A stretch of 64,000 bases of DNA, taken from contig LJUJ01000003.1 in assembly GCA_001303785.1 (NCBI GenBank), positions 14,027 to 78,026 on the forward strand, read 5' to 3'. A program made the translations under genes and the position numbers. The notes under the pieces are model-generated. The model made no database searches. It was not told where the DNA came from and saw only the letters and a program-made list of their open reading frames with translations. Below are positions 1-10,113 of this stretch, one piece after another (position 1 is the stretch's first letter; each line of letters opens with the position of its first letter). Source of the stretch: a candidate division WOR_3 bacterium SM23_42. GTDB taxonomy: Bacteria; Hydrothermota; Tepidihabitantia; SM23-42.

Positions 1-1
1 C

Positions 2-163
2 TCAGTTGCCGTGGGCGAGGATGCTCAGACAATTGAAGAGGTATTTGAACCCTTCTTGATCATGGAAGGCTTCATAAAACGGACTTCAAGGGGGCGTGAG
101 GCAACCGCGCTTGCATACGAACACTTCAAGATAAAACGCGAACAGGGACCACTATTTAAATAG
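2..163 (+). CDS. ruvB: Holliday junction helicase RuvB, C-terminal fragment (5-prime end lies outside the window)
   Basis: Frame 2 translates to [44 protein letters not shown]...; this matches the conserved RuvB C-terminal winged-helix region (GED..TIEEV.EP.LI..G...RT.RGR..T..AY.H). Stop TAG at 161-163. Confidence 0.7.
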   Translation, partial: SVAVGEDAQTIEEVFEPFLIMEGFIKRTSRGREATALAYEHFKIKREQGPLFK

Positions 164-412
164 AAGGATACTCTAAGGCAAGTCGAGGAGCAGTACTCCA
201 ATGTAGTTCTCGACTTGGCTCGAACCAGAACAAGCGTACACGTAGAGCGAATCCGCCTCAGGCGGATGAGTCGAAAAGTTAGGTGGTTTAATAAGAATAT
301 CGTATTGGCTACTCGTAAATGGAAATCATAGGTCGAATCCTGCATTAACCAGCGATTCACGAAATACGGCTCCGTTTCAATATTCAAATAATCGGTTTCG
401 TTCTTTTCATGC

Positions 413-440
413 TTGACTTCTCCAGGCCACCGATTATAAT
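413..440 (+). promoter_or_regulatory. Sigma70-type promoter (TTGACT-N16-TATAAT) ending 5 nt before the ATG at 446; predicts a leaderless transcript
   Basis: TTGACT at 413-418 and TATAAT at 435-440 with a 16-nt spacer. No room for a Shine-Dalgarno before the ATG at 446. Confidence 0.4.
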
Positions 441-445
441 CAAAC

Positions 446-1324
446 ATGACTAAGAAAACGGCATTTGTGGCACTCGTACTCATACTAGTCACTCTAGTCA
501 CTAATGCGGCTTGGGCAAATCACACCCGGATGGCTACATTGATGACCGGAGATTATCTTGACGATATCATATACACTGACTTATATCCGCAGCGCCTAAT
601 TGATTATCCGAGTTACCTATACGTAGACATAAGAAGTGGACCAGAAGATTACGGCATTGTCATTGTACCGCACAAGAAGTACGGTGCCTTTGCGTGTTGG
701 CAAAATCCAGTTACTGATCGCGGATTCAACATAGGTTACGCACTGAACGTTGCTAAAATCGATTTCGGTGTATCGTTCTCGCCGGTGAAAGACAACATCA
801 GATTCGGTATCGGCGCTGGCCGCACCTTCTTTGCCCAACGCGTCGATCTTTCCTTTCTCACCTTTGACGGTCTGGATGAAGCCTGGCATATGTTCGTGGC
901 CCGCTATGCAAGACGGTTAGGAGATTTCAACGTCGTCCCAAAATATGCACTCAATTATTCAAAGGAACCGTTCGAAGCAAGCCGCCATCAACTTGGCGTG
1001 ATGGTGCAGCGGATGATACTCAACGAAGGCTTTGTGTATTTCACTGCCGAGTATGATTTCCGGCGAGGGAACCGAGAGTATGATCGGACTCACCTATACG
1101 CCGGTGTGGAGATGAGACTCAGTCGATATTTTGTACTACGTTGTGCAGCAGCCGAGCATTTTGAGGATGGCTTTGAAAACCCTACGTGGAATCTTGAACC
1201 TGGATTCGGAGTGCAGATACGTGATTTTCAAATAGATTTTCATATAAATAAAGACCGACTGTTTGACAAGGATATAACCTTTATCGAATCTTTCGGCTTA
1301 GACTTTAATTTCGGGAGATTCTAA
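446..1324 (+). CDS. Hypothetical outer-membrane beta-barrel protein
   Basis: N-terminal signal peptide (MTKKTAFVALVLILVTLVTNAAWA). Alternating amphipathic stretches. C-terminal ...FNFGRF ending in Phe, typical of OMP barrels. Confidence 0.55.
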   Translation: MTKKTAFVALVLILVTLVTNAAWANHTRMATLMTGDYLDDIIYTDLYPQRLIDYPSYLYVDIRSGPEDYGIVIVPHKKYGAFACWQNPVTDRGFNIGYALNVAKIDFGVSFSPVKDNIRFGIGAGRTFFAQRVDLSFLTFDGLDEAWHMFVARYARRLGDFNVVPKYALNYSKEPFEASRHQLGVMVQRMILNEGFVYFTAEYDFRRGNREYDRTHLYAGVEMRLSRYFVLRCAAAEHFEDGFENPTWNLEPGFGVQIRDFQIDFHINKDRLFDKDITFIESFGLDFNFGRF

Positions 1325-1397
1325 CAACTCGTTTGAAGGTTGGGGTTGGGAAGCTGGATTCGAGCATCCCAACCTCAACCAAACATCCATTGGTGAA

Positions 1398-1470
1398 GGG
1401 GGTGTAGCTCAGGTGGGAGAGCAGTGCGTTTGCAACGCACAGGCCAGCGGTTCGAGTCCGCTCACCTCCA
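1398..1470 (+). tRNA. tRNA-Ala (anticodon TGC)
   Basis: GGGGGTGTAGCTCAGGTGGGAGAGC...TTTGCAA...GGTTCGAGTCCGCTCACCTCCA forms a 7-bp acceptor stem with the G3:U70 wobble diagnostic of tRNA-Ala. Anticodon loop is TTTGCAA, there is a T-loop GTTCGAGTC and a discriminator A. CCA is not encoded. Confidence 0.9.
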
Positions 1471-1648
1471 CTCCCCTAAAACGGGGCAAATCCGAAATCC
1501 CAATTTCGAAATCTTAAACAATACCGAAATTCAAATTTCCACAATACAAAACACGTAAGGTCTAAGTGTGACGTAGTCTACAAGGGGTTCATTCACTCAG
1601 TAATATAGGATCATACACAACAGACGGTTGCGGCTTACGCAACACCGC

Positions 1649-2521
1649 CTATGCTTTTTTAAGTACCCGCAGAAAATTTCCACTGAAGATCTTTTCTATT
1701 TCTGAATGCTTATAGCCTTTCTTCAGTAGTTGTTTTTCCAGGTTTGCTAATCCTCTTGGATTTGCAATCACTGGATCGGTGATGCCATCGAAATCACTGC
1801 CAATAGCAGCACATTCGACACCAAACTTGTCACAGAGATAATCGATATGGTCAACAACGCCGTATCCACCCAAGTGATGCCTTGAGAAATTTACCCCAAC
1901 AACACCACCGTGTTCATGAATCGCCTCGATCGCCCGGTCGTCAATATTACGCAAAAAAGTTGGATTCAACGTTCTGACACATGAATGTGATGCAATGATC
2001 ATTTGTTCACATAAATCACAAACATCGAGCACCGCACGTGTTGAGGCATGTGACATATCCAAAATTACGTCAAAGTTATTCAACTTCTTTATATAGGTCT
2101 TACCCAACTTCGTTAGACCTTTTTTATCAACATCCAGGGCCGAGTGTGCAAGTCGGTTGGAGTTATTCCAGGTCAGAGTGAAAACCCGTACACCCAAACC
2201 ATAAAGCGCCTCTACCTGCGCGAATACTCTATCAAAGATATGACCACCCTCGACGCCTAATATGATATTCACCTTATCACTCTTCACTGTGCGGTAACGG
2301 CTGGCGATTTGCAGATGTCTCTCTTTCTCAACATGTCTGATTGTCGTGGCAAGCATCTTGACCACGTCGACAAAAGGATATTTTACCTGGGGGTAAACAA
2401 AGTGGGCAAAAATTGCTCCCAGATAATTCTGCTGATACAATTTTGAAGGTATAATATGATCGAATTTCTGCTTTACGATATTGTGAGGTGTATCACAATG
2501 CAGGTCAAAAACACCAATCAT
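1649..2521 (-). CDS. Membrane dipeptidase (peptidase family M19, renal dipeptidase-like)
   Basis: N-terminal DLHCDTP motif and overall length/pattern (HxD...E...H...H...D) typical of M19 dipeptidases. Confidence 0.8.
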   Translation of the reverse strand: MIGVFDLHCDTPHNIVKQKFDHIIPSKLYQQNYLGAIFAHFVYPQVKYPFVDVVKMLATTIRHVEKERHLQIASRYRTVKSDKVNIILGVEGGHIFDRVFAQVEALYGLGVRVFTLTWNNSNRLAHSALDVDKKGLTKLGKTYIKKLNNFDVILDMSHASTRAVLDVCDLCEQMIIASHSCVRTLNPTFLRNIDDRAIEAIHEHGGVVGVNFSRHHLGGYGVVDHIDYLCDKFGVECAAIGSDFDGITDPVIANPRGLANLEKQLLKKGYKHSEIEKIFSGNFLRVLKKA

Positions 2522-2790
2522 ATCTGGCTCACATTACCTATCATCCTTCATAACCCCTCGTACCTAATGTATCATTACGCCAATTGCCGTAGTGGCGTAA
2601 TGTCATTTCTTTAATTATCAACCTATTGAGGAGTTAGCAGACTATTATGTTGTACAGTATGATTACTATGATAAGCATTACGATGACACCGGGGCCCACA
2701 TATCTAAAAGGTTTTGGATATTTTTTTCTTGGAATAAGACGTCCTTCCTTATGGTCATATTTTCGCTTCTTGAGGTCTATCTCCATTATC

Positions 2791-4164
2791 TTACGCCTCC
2801 TTTTCCAAGAATGCCTTCAACTCCTTCATTATCTCCTCCTGTATTTTTTCAATCTTCTTACCTGAACAAGCGAAGTTGTTAATCATCAACGAAAAACAGT
2901 AATCCGTATCATGTAGCCTTAAATACCCCGACAGACAGGATACGGCGTCTAGGGTTCCTGTCTTAGCCCGCATAAATCCGTCGAGGCCAATGAATCTATT
3001 GTCCAGCGTACCTTCACCAGGACTTGGCAGCAATTTGTAGAAATCGTCGAATAGCTCGGCATGATACATATAGCGTAAAACAAGCATCATATTGTATGGT
3101 GAAATCAAGTTATGCCGAGATAACCCCGAACCATCGTACAGCACAACTTGACTCGTATCTACACCACAACGCTGCAGTAATTCTTTCATAAGCGACACAC
3201 CGGCTCGGAAACTACCGTCTTTCAGAAAATACGCACCCATCATTTTAAGCAACGCTTCAGCATATAGATTGACACTCTCGGTGTTCAATTCTCGGATTAT
3301 TTCATACAGCGGGACTGACATGACCGAATCTACTATATTGTATGTCGAATCGATTGTGTAAGCATTGAGACTTCCGTTTCTGACGCATTTTCCACTAATC
3401 CTGATATCGGATTCACTCAACCTTTCCTTTAGATATTGGCCAAAAAACAGCGTAGGGTCCCTGACGGCCACTTCGATGTTCCGTGTGCGTCCGAAACCAA
3501 TACCACCATCAACATATATAATATTTTCCTCGGGCCTCCGGTAAATAATTATGCTATCATCGCCTGATTTAGTGATCATATTGTTGACCAATCTGACATA
3601 TTCTGTAGCCGGTTCGATGTTCACCTTTGCACGCATACCCAACCTCGTCGCCTCGATCCGCACATTTACTACGTTTCGGTTTACCGAAAGGGCCGATATC
3701 TCGGCTGCGTAGCGTGCATCCAAATAGTGCCAAGCCCAACCGATAGGCAATCTTTCGTCGGTAAAATAGTTGTCAACCAATACAATGTCACCCTCGATGC
3801 TGGCAATGTTAGTGCTCTTGATAGTCGAAACAAACTGTTCTAAGTCTTCCAAGCTGAAACTCGGATCACCACCGCCAACGACAACGACGTCACCATGCAG
3901 TTTGTTACCACGGATACCACCGGCTACGGCAAGACGCGTCTTAAAACGAAAATCCGAGGTGAGAAAGGTCAGCGCAGCCGCACTAGTGATTATCTTCATG
4001 TTTGACGCCGGTACTAGGTTCTTATGGTAATTTCGGGCGTAGACGACGCTATCCTTATCCAGATTCAGTACGATCATACCAACATGGGCATGTTCCAGGT
4101 CAGGATTATGCAGGACGCTGTCGATCGACAATGACAAAAAAAGCAGTAGTATCATACTAGCCAT
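2791..4164 (-). CDS. dacB: D-alanyl-D-alanine carboxypeptidase/endopeptidase (PBP4 family, peptidase S13)
   Basis: Signal peptide. SNMKIITSAAAL active-site region (SxxK), later SGxxS / KTG-like motifs. About 460 aa, typical for PBP4. Confidence 0.8.
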   Translation of the reverse strand: MASMILLLFLSLSIDSVLHNPDLEHAHVGMIVLNLDKDSVVYARNYHKNLVPASNMKIITSAAALTFLTSDFRFKTRLAVAGGIRGNKLHGDVVVVGGGDPSFSLEDLEQFVSTIKSTNIASIEGDIVLVDNYFTDERLPIGWAWHYLDARYAAEISALSVNRNVVNVRIEATRLGMRAKVNIEPATEYVRLVNNMITKSGDDSIIIYRRPEENIIYVDGGIGFGRTRNIEVAVRDPTLFFGQYLKERLSESDIRISGKCVRNGSLNAYTIDSTYNIVDSVMSVPLYEIIRELNTESVNLYAEALLKMMGAYFLKDGSFRAGVSLMKELLQRCGVDTSQVVLYDGSGLSRHNLISPYNMMLVLRYMYHAELFDDFYKLLPSPGEGTLDNRFIGLDGFMRAKTGTLDAVSCLSGYLRLHDTDYCFSLMINNFACSGKKIEKIQEEIMKELKAFLEKEA

Positions 4165-4199
4165 CCACCAGTAAAATCGACACTATGACACCCTTGATT

Positions 4200-4757
4200 C
4201 TATTTTCTGTTTCTTTTAATCTTTCTTGCTGTAGTCTTCTTGTTTTCGGTTGCCGCCGCAGTGAAAAACCCGTCCTGTTCGCCCTTGCAAGAACAACGTC
4301 TTGTATTCAGATCGATTCCGCAGACCGGACACAGTCCCGGACAATCGTCCCTACACAAGGGAGTTATTGGCAGTGAAAATACAATTGCCTCCCGGATGCC
4401 TATGCTCAAATCTATTTGCGGTCCGTGATAAAATACTTTATCGGCCTCGTGTGGTGTTAGCTCAACGTTTTCAACACACAAGTACGGGTCTTCACCCTCG
4501 ACATAATTGAGATGCAGATTCGAATTACATGTGCGGGTAAACTTACCAAGGCAACGCATGCAGGTAAATTCAGCGCTATAGGATACCACAAAATCGGCTC
4601 CGATACCGAGGGAAGACCTGTTCAGACTGACTTCCGCATCAATCTTCTTAAAGTCAATTGAACTCTTCTTGTCTAAGTTGAGTTCCGTGGCGTTTAGTCC
4701 ACGAAATTCGTATTCGCTCTGTCTATCCAAATCCCTTACTTGGATCAGAAATTTCAA
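4200..4757 (-). CDS. yceD: YceD/DUF177 family protein
   Basis: About 185 aa acidic protein with C-terminal paired CxxC motifs (CRDDCPGLCPVCG...RCSC), characteristic of DUF177. Confidence 0.7.
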   Translation of the reverse strand: MKFLIQVRDLDRQSEYEFRGLNATELNLDKKSSIDFKKIDAEVSLNRSSLGIGADFVVSYSAEFTCMRCLGKFTRTCNSNLHLNYVEGEDPYLCVENVELTPHEADKVFYHGPQIDLSIGIREAIVFSLPITPLCRDDCPGLCPVCGIDLNTRRCSCKGEQDGFFTAAATENKKTTARKIKRNRK

Positions 4758-4762
4758 TTTTT

Positions 4763-6007
4763 TTATGTCTTCAACTCCTTCTTACGCGCCGCTGGAAACA
4801 GTATGTTATTCAGTATAAGACGGTAACCGGGTGAATTCCTATGCAGGCTAAGATCAGTTGGGGAGTCGCCTACGAAGTGCTGATAATCTTCTGGGTCATG
4901 ACCAGCAAGATATGTGAATGTTCCTTTTCCGTATTCACCGTGAAGGTATTTCACTTCTTCGGTACCGACCACCTCTCCCAGGACAAGCGTCGCAACCTTC
5001 ATGGTGTTTCTTCTAAACCCCGAACATTGTCCCAAGAATTCTTTGACCAACGATGTGTGGTTCTGGACTAGCATACAGGGAACCGGGTCGAACTTAGCAG
5101 AAAAATCAAATAATGAGATGTAAGTATTGGGACCCCTCCTGCTTGCTTCCTGCGTAACATCAATTGTCGAATGTTCATATACAAGTGGGTCGAGCACGAC
5201 ACGGAAATTATCAAAAGCCAGACACTCAGCAAAATTCAAGTTGCTGTTAGCATTGCGGTCAAAGGGGTCGCCATCAAATATATTATGACAAATATCTGTT
5301 TCCTGTGCGGCCAGAGCAATCTCGTATGTATCGCAAGCCGAACACATGGAAAAAACAAAACCACCCTGTGCGATGTATTTCTTTATTGCCAATGCTACTG
5401 CGAGTTTCATTTGGGATACTTTTGCGAAACCGAGGCGTGCTGCCATTTCCTCGTTCATGCGTACCTCAGCCTGATACCATTCTGTTTGGTGTTGTCTTGC
5501 GTAAAACTTGCCATATTGGCCGGTGAAGTCCTCGTGGTGAAGATGTAACCAGTCGTACTTTTCGAGCACCCCTTTGAGAACATCATCATCCCACACCTGA
5601 TCATAAGGTATATCAGCATATTCGAGGGCCAGCGTAACCGCATCATCCCACGGTTCAAAATTATCAGGTATGTAGACTGCAATTTCTGGCGCCTTCTCCA
5701 GGAGTACGGTCTCCATATTGTTTTCTTCGATCGTCTGATAGATCCGTAAAACATCAGATGCCGGCACAACCTCCCAACGCACACCGTTCACAGCACACTC
5801 CGTTTCAGTCTCCCGATTACGTTCCAATAGAAATGAGCCGCCTCTGAAGTTCAGCAACCACTCAACGTCAACTCCGTTCTTTATAACCCGGTAGGCAACT
5901 CCGTAGGCCCGTAAATGGTCCGGTTGCGACAAATCCATGGGAATCAACAATTTATCAGCAAAAAGCGGCACCATTACAATGAGCACGGCAAGAAATCTCA
6001 CAGACAA
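4763..6007 (-). CDS. Hypothetical secreted protein (weak resemblance to class-I glutamine amidotransferase/ThuA-like folds)
   Basis: Signal peptide MSVRFLAVLIVMVPLFA. No confident family assignment by eye. A GGFVFSMCSAC segment could be a nucleophile elbow. Confidence 0.4.
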   Translation of the reverse strand: MSVRFLAVLIVMVPLFADKLLIPMDLSQPDHLRAYGVAYRVIKNGVDVEWLLNFRGGSFLLERNRETETECAVNGVRWEVVPASDVLRIYQTIEENNMETVLLEKAPEIAVYIPDNFEPWDDAVTLALEYADIPYDQVWDDDVLKGVLEKYDWLHLHHEDFTGQYGKFYARQHQTEWYQAEVRMNEEMAARLGFAKVSQMKLAVALAIKKYIAQGGFVFSMCSACDTYEIALAAQETDICHNIFDGDPFDRNANSNLNFAECLAFDNFRVVLDPLVYEHSTIDVTQEASRRGPNTYISLFDFSAKFDPVPCMLVQNHTSLVKEFLGQCSGFRRNTMKVATLVLGEVVGTEEVKYLHGEYGKGTFTYLAGHDPEDYQHFVGDSPTDLSLHRNSPGYRLILNNILFPAARKKELKT

Positions 6008-6011
6008 AAAT

Positions 6012-6476
6012 CTACTCCTCGTTTTTCTTCACGATGTCCATAACATCCACAGGATCTTTAGCATTCCTCAGCAGTTCCCGCACCGCGTGCTTGCGTAGAA
6101 ACCTTGATAATTTTGCTAATGCCATTATGTACTCCGATTTCTTGCCCTCGGGAGAAGCAATGAGGAAGATTATATGAGAAGGCTTGCCATCTATCGAAGA
6201 AAAATCAATGCCTTTTGGAGATCGTGCAAAGGCCAAGATTAGATCCTCAACAGCGTTTGTACGAGCATGAGGTATTGCAATGCCGTCTCCTATCCCAGTC
6301 GACTCGAGATTTTCTCGCTTTGCCAAAGCCTTCACAAATTCCTCACCGTTGCTAACCAATTTGTTCCTAACCATATGGTCAACCAATTCGTTTATAGCGG
6401 CGATTTTATCTTTCGCCTTTATCTCCATTATTATTGCCTCTGGCCTAAGGTACTCAGAGATTTTTAGTTGCATCAA
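6012..6476 (-). CDS. ptsN: PTS EIIA-type-2 nitrogen regulatory protein (EIIA-Ntr)
   Basis: About 154 aa. The motif GIGDGIAIPHAR holds the phosphorylatable His region of PTS EIIA fructose/Ntr-type proteins. Confidence 0.8.
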   Translation of the reverse strand: MMQLKISEYLRPEAIIMEIKAKDKIAAINELVDHMVRNKLVSNGEEFVKALAKRENLESTGIGDGIAIPHARTNAVEDLILAFARSPKGIDFSSIDGKPSHIIFLIASPEGKKSEYIMALAKLSRFLRKHAVRELLRNAKDPVDVMDIVKKNEE

Positions 6477-6542
6477 ACCTCCTCTGGATCATCGTTACAG
6501 ACTTACATAATGCATGAATGGTAAGGTAAATGACCATCATGC

Positions 6543-6938
6543 TTATAAACCGATCACCGGTACTGAGCACGACACAAAAATTCTTTTCGAGCCTTCTTTC
6601 TTCTTTATCAATAGTACGTCGATCTCGTATGCATCAACATAGTGCTTGGTCATTTGCAACAGATTTCCCTGCTCGAGGTGTAACGAAGTCCAAACACCGT
6701 TCTCAACCGCCTCATCCTCTATTAGATATAATAGCTTCCACCCGTCCTCTTCAGTTTTTTTATGAAGCACTTTTACTTTCTGATGAGTGAGACTCGCCAG
6801 CCGCGAAATTCGATCGGGTTCAATAACGAATAACACAAACAACCTACTGCCTGAATTCTTACAAAACTGCACGGCGACTGATAGAATTGACTGGTCAGCA
6901 TCTTCAGTCAGTACTAACAACGACCTCGTAAAATTCAT
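6543..6938 (-). CDS. Hypothetical protein, possibly universal-stress-protein-like (adenine nucleotide alpha-hydrolase fold)
   Basis: About 131 aa; pattern LLVLTEDADQS...LFVLFVIE...DVLLIKKK resembles short UspA-like proteins. Weak. Confidence 0.3.
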   Translation of the reverse strand: MNFTRSLLVLTEDADQSILSVAVQFCKNSGSRLFVLFVIEPDRISRLASLTHQKVKVLHKKTEEDGWKLLYLIEDEAVENGVWTSLHLEQGNLLQMTKHYVDAYEIDVLLIKKKEGSKRIFVSCSVPVIGL

Positions 6939-6944
6939 CTGCGG

Positions 6945-8306
6945 CTATAAGATATACCGCGAAACATCCACGTTACTTACAATATCGGCTAACTTGCCCT
7001 CAACGTAATCACGTGTGATTTTCATTCCTTTTGCCATATTCGGAGCGTTGAAGAGTAGTTCTTCGAGAAGCTTAGTCATAATTGTGTGAAGACGTCGGGC
7101 GCCTATGTTTTCGGTTGTTTCATTAACTTTGGCGGCGATTTGTGCAATAGCTTCAATCGCGTCCTCAGAAAATTCCAATACCACACCATCACTCGCCAAT
7201 AGCGCAACATACTGCTTAATCAACGAATTTTCCGGTTCCACCAATATGCGTCTGAAATCCTCTTCTGACAAAGCCGAGAGCTCAACCCGGATCGGAAATC
7301 TGCCTTGCAACTCCGGAATCAAATCCGATGGCTTCTTGTTATGAAACGCACCCGCTGCAATAAAGAGTATATGGTTGGTCTTGATCATCCCGTATTTTGT
7401 CATAACGTTTGAACCTTCAACGATTGGCAACAAATCACGCTGTACACCTTCTCGTGATACATCGGGTCCACTCGTTGCACCACCACCGGCGATCTTATCG
7501 ATTTCGTCAACGAAGATAATTCCTGAATTCTCGGTACGCGCCCGAGCCTCGTTGATCACCTCGTCCATATCGATCAATTTCTCTGCTTCCTCATTTTGTA
7601 GGTATTTAATCGCTTCTTTTACGGGCATCTTTCTCTTCTTCTTTCGCCGCGGCATCTTACTCCCGAAAGCCTCCTCGAGTGCAACACTCAGATCCTCCAT
7701 ACCGCTCTGGCTGAAAATCTCAATAAATGGTGCAGTCCCATGTCGTGACACCTCCAGTTCCACGATACGCTCATCGAGCTTGCCCTCGTGAAGAAGCGCC
7801 CGCATCTTCTCCCTTGTTTCCCGTCCTACCTCGCTCGTATCGACTGAAACCTTGTCTTTATCGACTCTTGCCGGCGCTGGTAGGAGAATATCGAGAATCC
7901 GTTCCTCAGCATACCGTGCGGCTTTTTCCTGTACCAAGTTTGTCTTCTCCTGACGCACTATGTTCACAGATATCTCAACAAGATCCCTGGCCATTGATTC
8001 AACGTCACGACCCACATACCCCACCTCAGTAAAACGCGAAGCCTCCACCTTCATGAAGGGCGCACGAGCCAAGCCTGCCAATCTGCGGGCGATTTCAGTC
8101 TTGCCAACACCAGTCGGCCCAATGAGAATAATGTTATTCGGATAAATCTCTTCCCGTATTTTGCCTTCCACCCGCTGCCTGCGCCAACGATTTCTCAGGG
8201 CGATTGCGACTGCTTTTTTTGCTTCGGATTGACCTATAATGTATCTATCGAGTCGGGCAACTATTTCTTCGGGAGTCGGAAAGGCATCCAATCCTACTGC
8301 TTTCAT
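6945..8306 (-). CDS. hslU: ATP-dependent protease ATPase subunit HslU
   Basis: N-terminus [33 protein letters not shown]...[18 protein letters not shown] is near-identical to canonical HslU. About 450 aa. Confidence 0.95.
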   Translation of the reverse strand: MKAVGLDAFPTPEEIVARLDRYIIGQSEAKKAVAIALRNRWRRQRVEGKIREEIYPNNIILIGPTGVGKTEIARRLAGLARAPFMKVEASRFTEVGYVGRDVESMARDLVEISVNIVRQEKTNLVQEKAARYAEERILDILLPAPARVDKDKVSVDTSEVGRETREKMRALLHEGKLDERIVELEVSRHGTAPFIEIFSQSGMEDLSVALEEAFGSKMPRRKKKRKMPVKEAIKYLQNEEAEKLIDMDEVINEARARTENSGIIFVDEIDKIAGGGATSGPDVSREGVQRDLLPIVEGSNVMTKYGMIKTNHILFIAAGAFHNKKPSDLIPELQGRFPIRVELSALSEEDFRRILVEPENSLIKQYVALLASDGVVLEFSEDAIEAIAQIAAKVNETTENIGARRLHTIMTKLLEELLFNAPNMAKGMKITRDYVEGKLADIVSNVDVSRYIL

Positions 8307-8331
8307 CCAGCCTTTTCCTCCATCAGGAAGT

Positions 8332-8359
8332 ATTATACAAAATTAGACAAATCTGTCAA
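8332..8359 (-). promoter_or_regulatory. Sigma70-type promoter for hslU (TTGACA-N16-TATAAT on minus strand), followed by a GGAGG RBS
   Basis: Minus-strand reading ...TTGACAgatttgtctaattttgTATAATacttcctgatGGAGGaaaaggctggATG. Confidence 0.45.
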
Positions 8360-8393
8360 GATATCGGCAAATAATCATCAAATAGGGCCGTTG

Positions 8394-8421
8394 TTGACAA
8401 ATGCATAGATTTACGTAGAAT
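8394..8421 (+). promoter_or_regulatory. Sigma70-type promoter (TTGACA-N16-TAGAAT) ending 6 nt before the GTG start of the amylase gene
   Basis: TTGACA at 8394-8399 and TAGAAT at 8416-8421; the CDS starts with GTG at 8428. Confidence 0.3.
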
Positions 8422-8427
8422 TTTGTT

Positions 8428-10113
8428 GTGAAGGGGTTACCGCAAATACTTTTCTTGTCGCTGCTGCTGCTACAGATGGTTAGCGCCATAAACCAGGATA
8501 GCGTTTTTCATAATCCCGAAGACATCCTCTACGTTAATCCTCAAGCCGGTGAAATTCGATTGAAAGCACCGAGGAATAGCCTAAGCCAGGTTTTACTTAT
8601 CGTCGCGTCGCGACGTATTGAGATGCATATCGGTTATCACGATCAAAACTTCGATTATTACATAAGCAACTTAAACGCTTTCGACACGACCCTATCATAC
8701 AGCTTTCTCATAAGAGACGGGTCAGATTCCCTGCTGCTGCCCGTAGAAGGCAGCTTCCGACCTACAGTACCTTTACTCCAAATACCCGCCTGGTCTGCCG
8801 GGATGACGTACTACTTGATAAATACGGATGGTTTTTACAATGGAAATATGTCAAATGACCCGGCAGGCAAAAACGAATGGGGCGAATCGCCTAAGAATTG
8901 GCTGCCCTATGGCGGAGACCTACTGGGCATTTTTAGTAAGATCGATTATTTCCGGTCACTGGATCCCGACATAATCATGCTTGCGCCAATATTCACATCA
9001 ACCTCAAACCATAAATTGAACCCTAAGGATTATGCTACTATTGACCGCGCCTACGGTGATACGCTTGATTTGAAAAGGCTCATCCAAGCAATCCATGGTA
9101 TAGGCAAGAAGATCGTTTTGAGCGTTGTCATTACACACACCGGTGATGACTTTCCGGCATTCGTGGATATCGCCACAAACGCGCGTTCTTCAAAATATCT
9201 TGACTGGTATCGAGTTGAGTCGATGCCAACCGATTCTGCTGGTTTCAAATACGAGTCTTGGCGCGAAGACTCACGTTTTCCACTGCTCAACTTGAGAAAC
9301 CCACGACTTCAAAACTACCTAATCGGTTTCATCGACTACTGGACGCATTTTGGCTTCGATGGTTTGTACATAGGCGAGCATGAAGAAATCGACGCTGGTT
9401 TCATGAAGACACTATATGCTCAGATGAAATCAAAGTATCCTGATCTACTTCTCATCAGCAGTGATTGCCGGCATTCGGAGACCCACGGTCTTGACGGCTG
9501 TTTTAGACAAAGATTCACCCAAATCATGATCGATTATTTTGTCAACAACACAATTACCACTGTGCAGTTCGACAGCACCATCCAAACCATGCTTTTCTTC
9601 AATCCACCCCAAACAAATTGTGCAAATATTATTGGCCTGTATGATTACACAAAACGTGTCGGCACCATCGCCAATCCCGATGTGCTTGAACTCATGTATG
9701 CGTTCATTTTCACTTTCTGCGGTTCGCCGATAGTCTTATACGGTGATGAAATCGGCATGACAGATTGTTCGACCCTCAACTGGGGAACCTTTAACTGGAA
9801 TGCACAGCAGCAAGACCAAAAGCTTCTGAGTACAATCCGAAGACTGATAAGAATCCGTAAGGAGAATGACGAAATCAGGGGCAGATATTTCTACACACTT
9901 TATGTAGATGATGTCAAGAAGGTCTATGCATACGATCGAGGAGGATTTATCGTGATCATGAATTGCGGGCCCACCCAATCATTCGTTGAGTTACCCGCTT
10001 GGGATGGTAAGTACATTGAGTTGATGAGTGGTGTGCGATACACCGCCTCTTCACAAAAGCTGAAGATTTCGATAGATCCAGTATCCTTTCGTATTCTAAA
10101 GCGTGAGATTTAA
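8428..10113 (+). CDS. Secreted glycoside hydrolase family 13 (alpha-amylase family) protein
   Basis: Signal peptide. GH13 conserved regions (DxVxNH-like ...VITHTGDD; [13 protein letters not shown] catalytic Asp/Glu region; FxxNHD-like). About 560 aa. Confidence 0.75.
   Translation: MKGLPQILFLSLLLLQMVSAINQDSVFHNPEDILYVNPQAGEIRLKAPRNSLSQVLLIVASRRIEMHIGYHDQNFDYYISNLNAFDTTLSYSFLIRDGSDSLLLPVEGSFRPTVPLLQIPAWSAGMTYYLINTDGFYNGNMSNDPAGKNEWGESPKNWLPYGGDLLGIFSKIDYFRSLDPDIIMLAPIFTSTSNHKLNPKDYATIDRAYGDTLDLKRLIQAIHGIGKKIVLSVVITHTGDDFPAFVDIATNARSSKYLDWYRVESMPTDSAGFKYESWREDSRFPLLNLRNPRLQNYLIGFIDYWTHFGFDGLYIGEHEEIDAGFMKTLYAQMKSKYPDLLLISSDCRHSETHGLDGCFRQRFTQIMIDYFVNNTITTVQFDSTIQTMLFFNPPQTNCANIIGLYDYTKRVGTIANPDVLELMYAFIFTFCGSPIVLYGDEIGMTDCSTLNWGTFNWNAQQQDQKLLSTIRRLIRIRKENDEIRGRYFYTLYVDDVKKVYAYDRGGFIVIMNCGPTQSFVELPAWDGKYIELMSGVRYTASSQKLKISIDPVSFRILKREI

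Noticed and set aside
25-501. 158-aa minus-strand ORF at the 5-prime end of the window
   Set aside because: It is antisense to the RuvB C-terminal coding region (2-163) and spans the promoter and start of the + strand OMP gene. No motifs. Most likely a spurious ORF.
2647-2865. 72-aa + strand ORF in the dipeptidase/dacB intergenic region
   Set aside because: Overlaps the 3-prime end of dacB on the opposite strand, is hydrophobic and low complexity, and has no RBS. Likely noise, though a small membrane peptide cannot be fully excluded.
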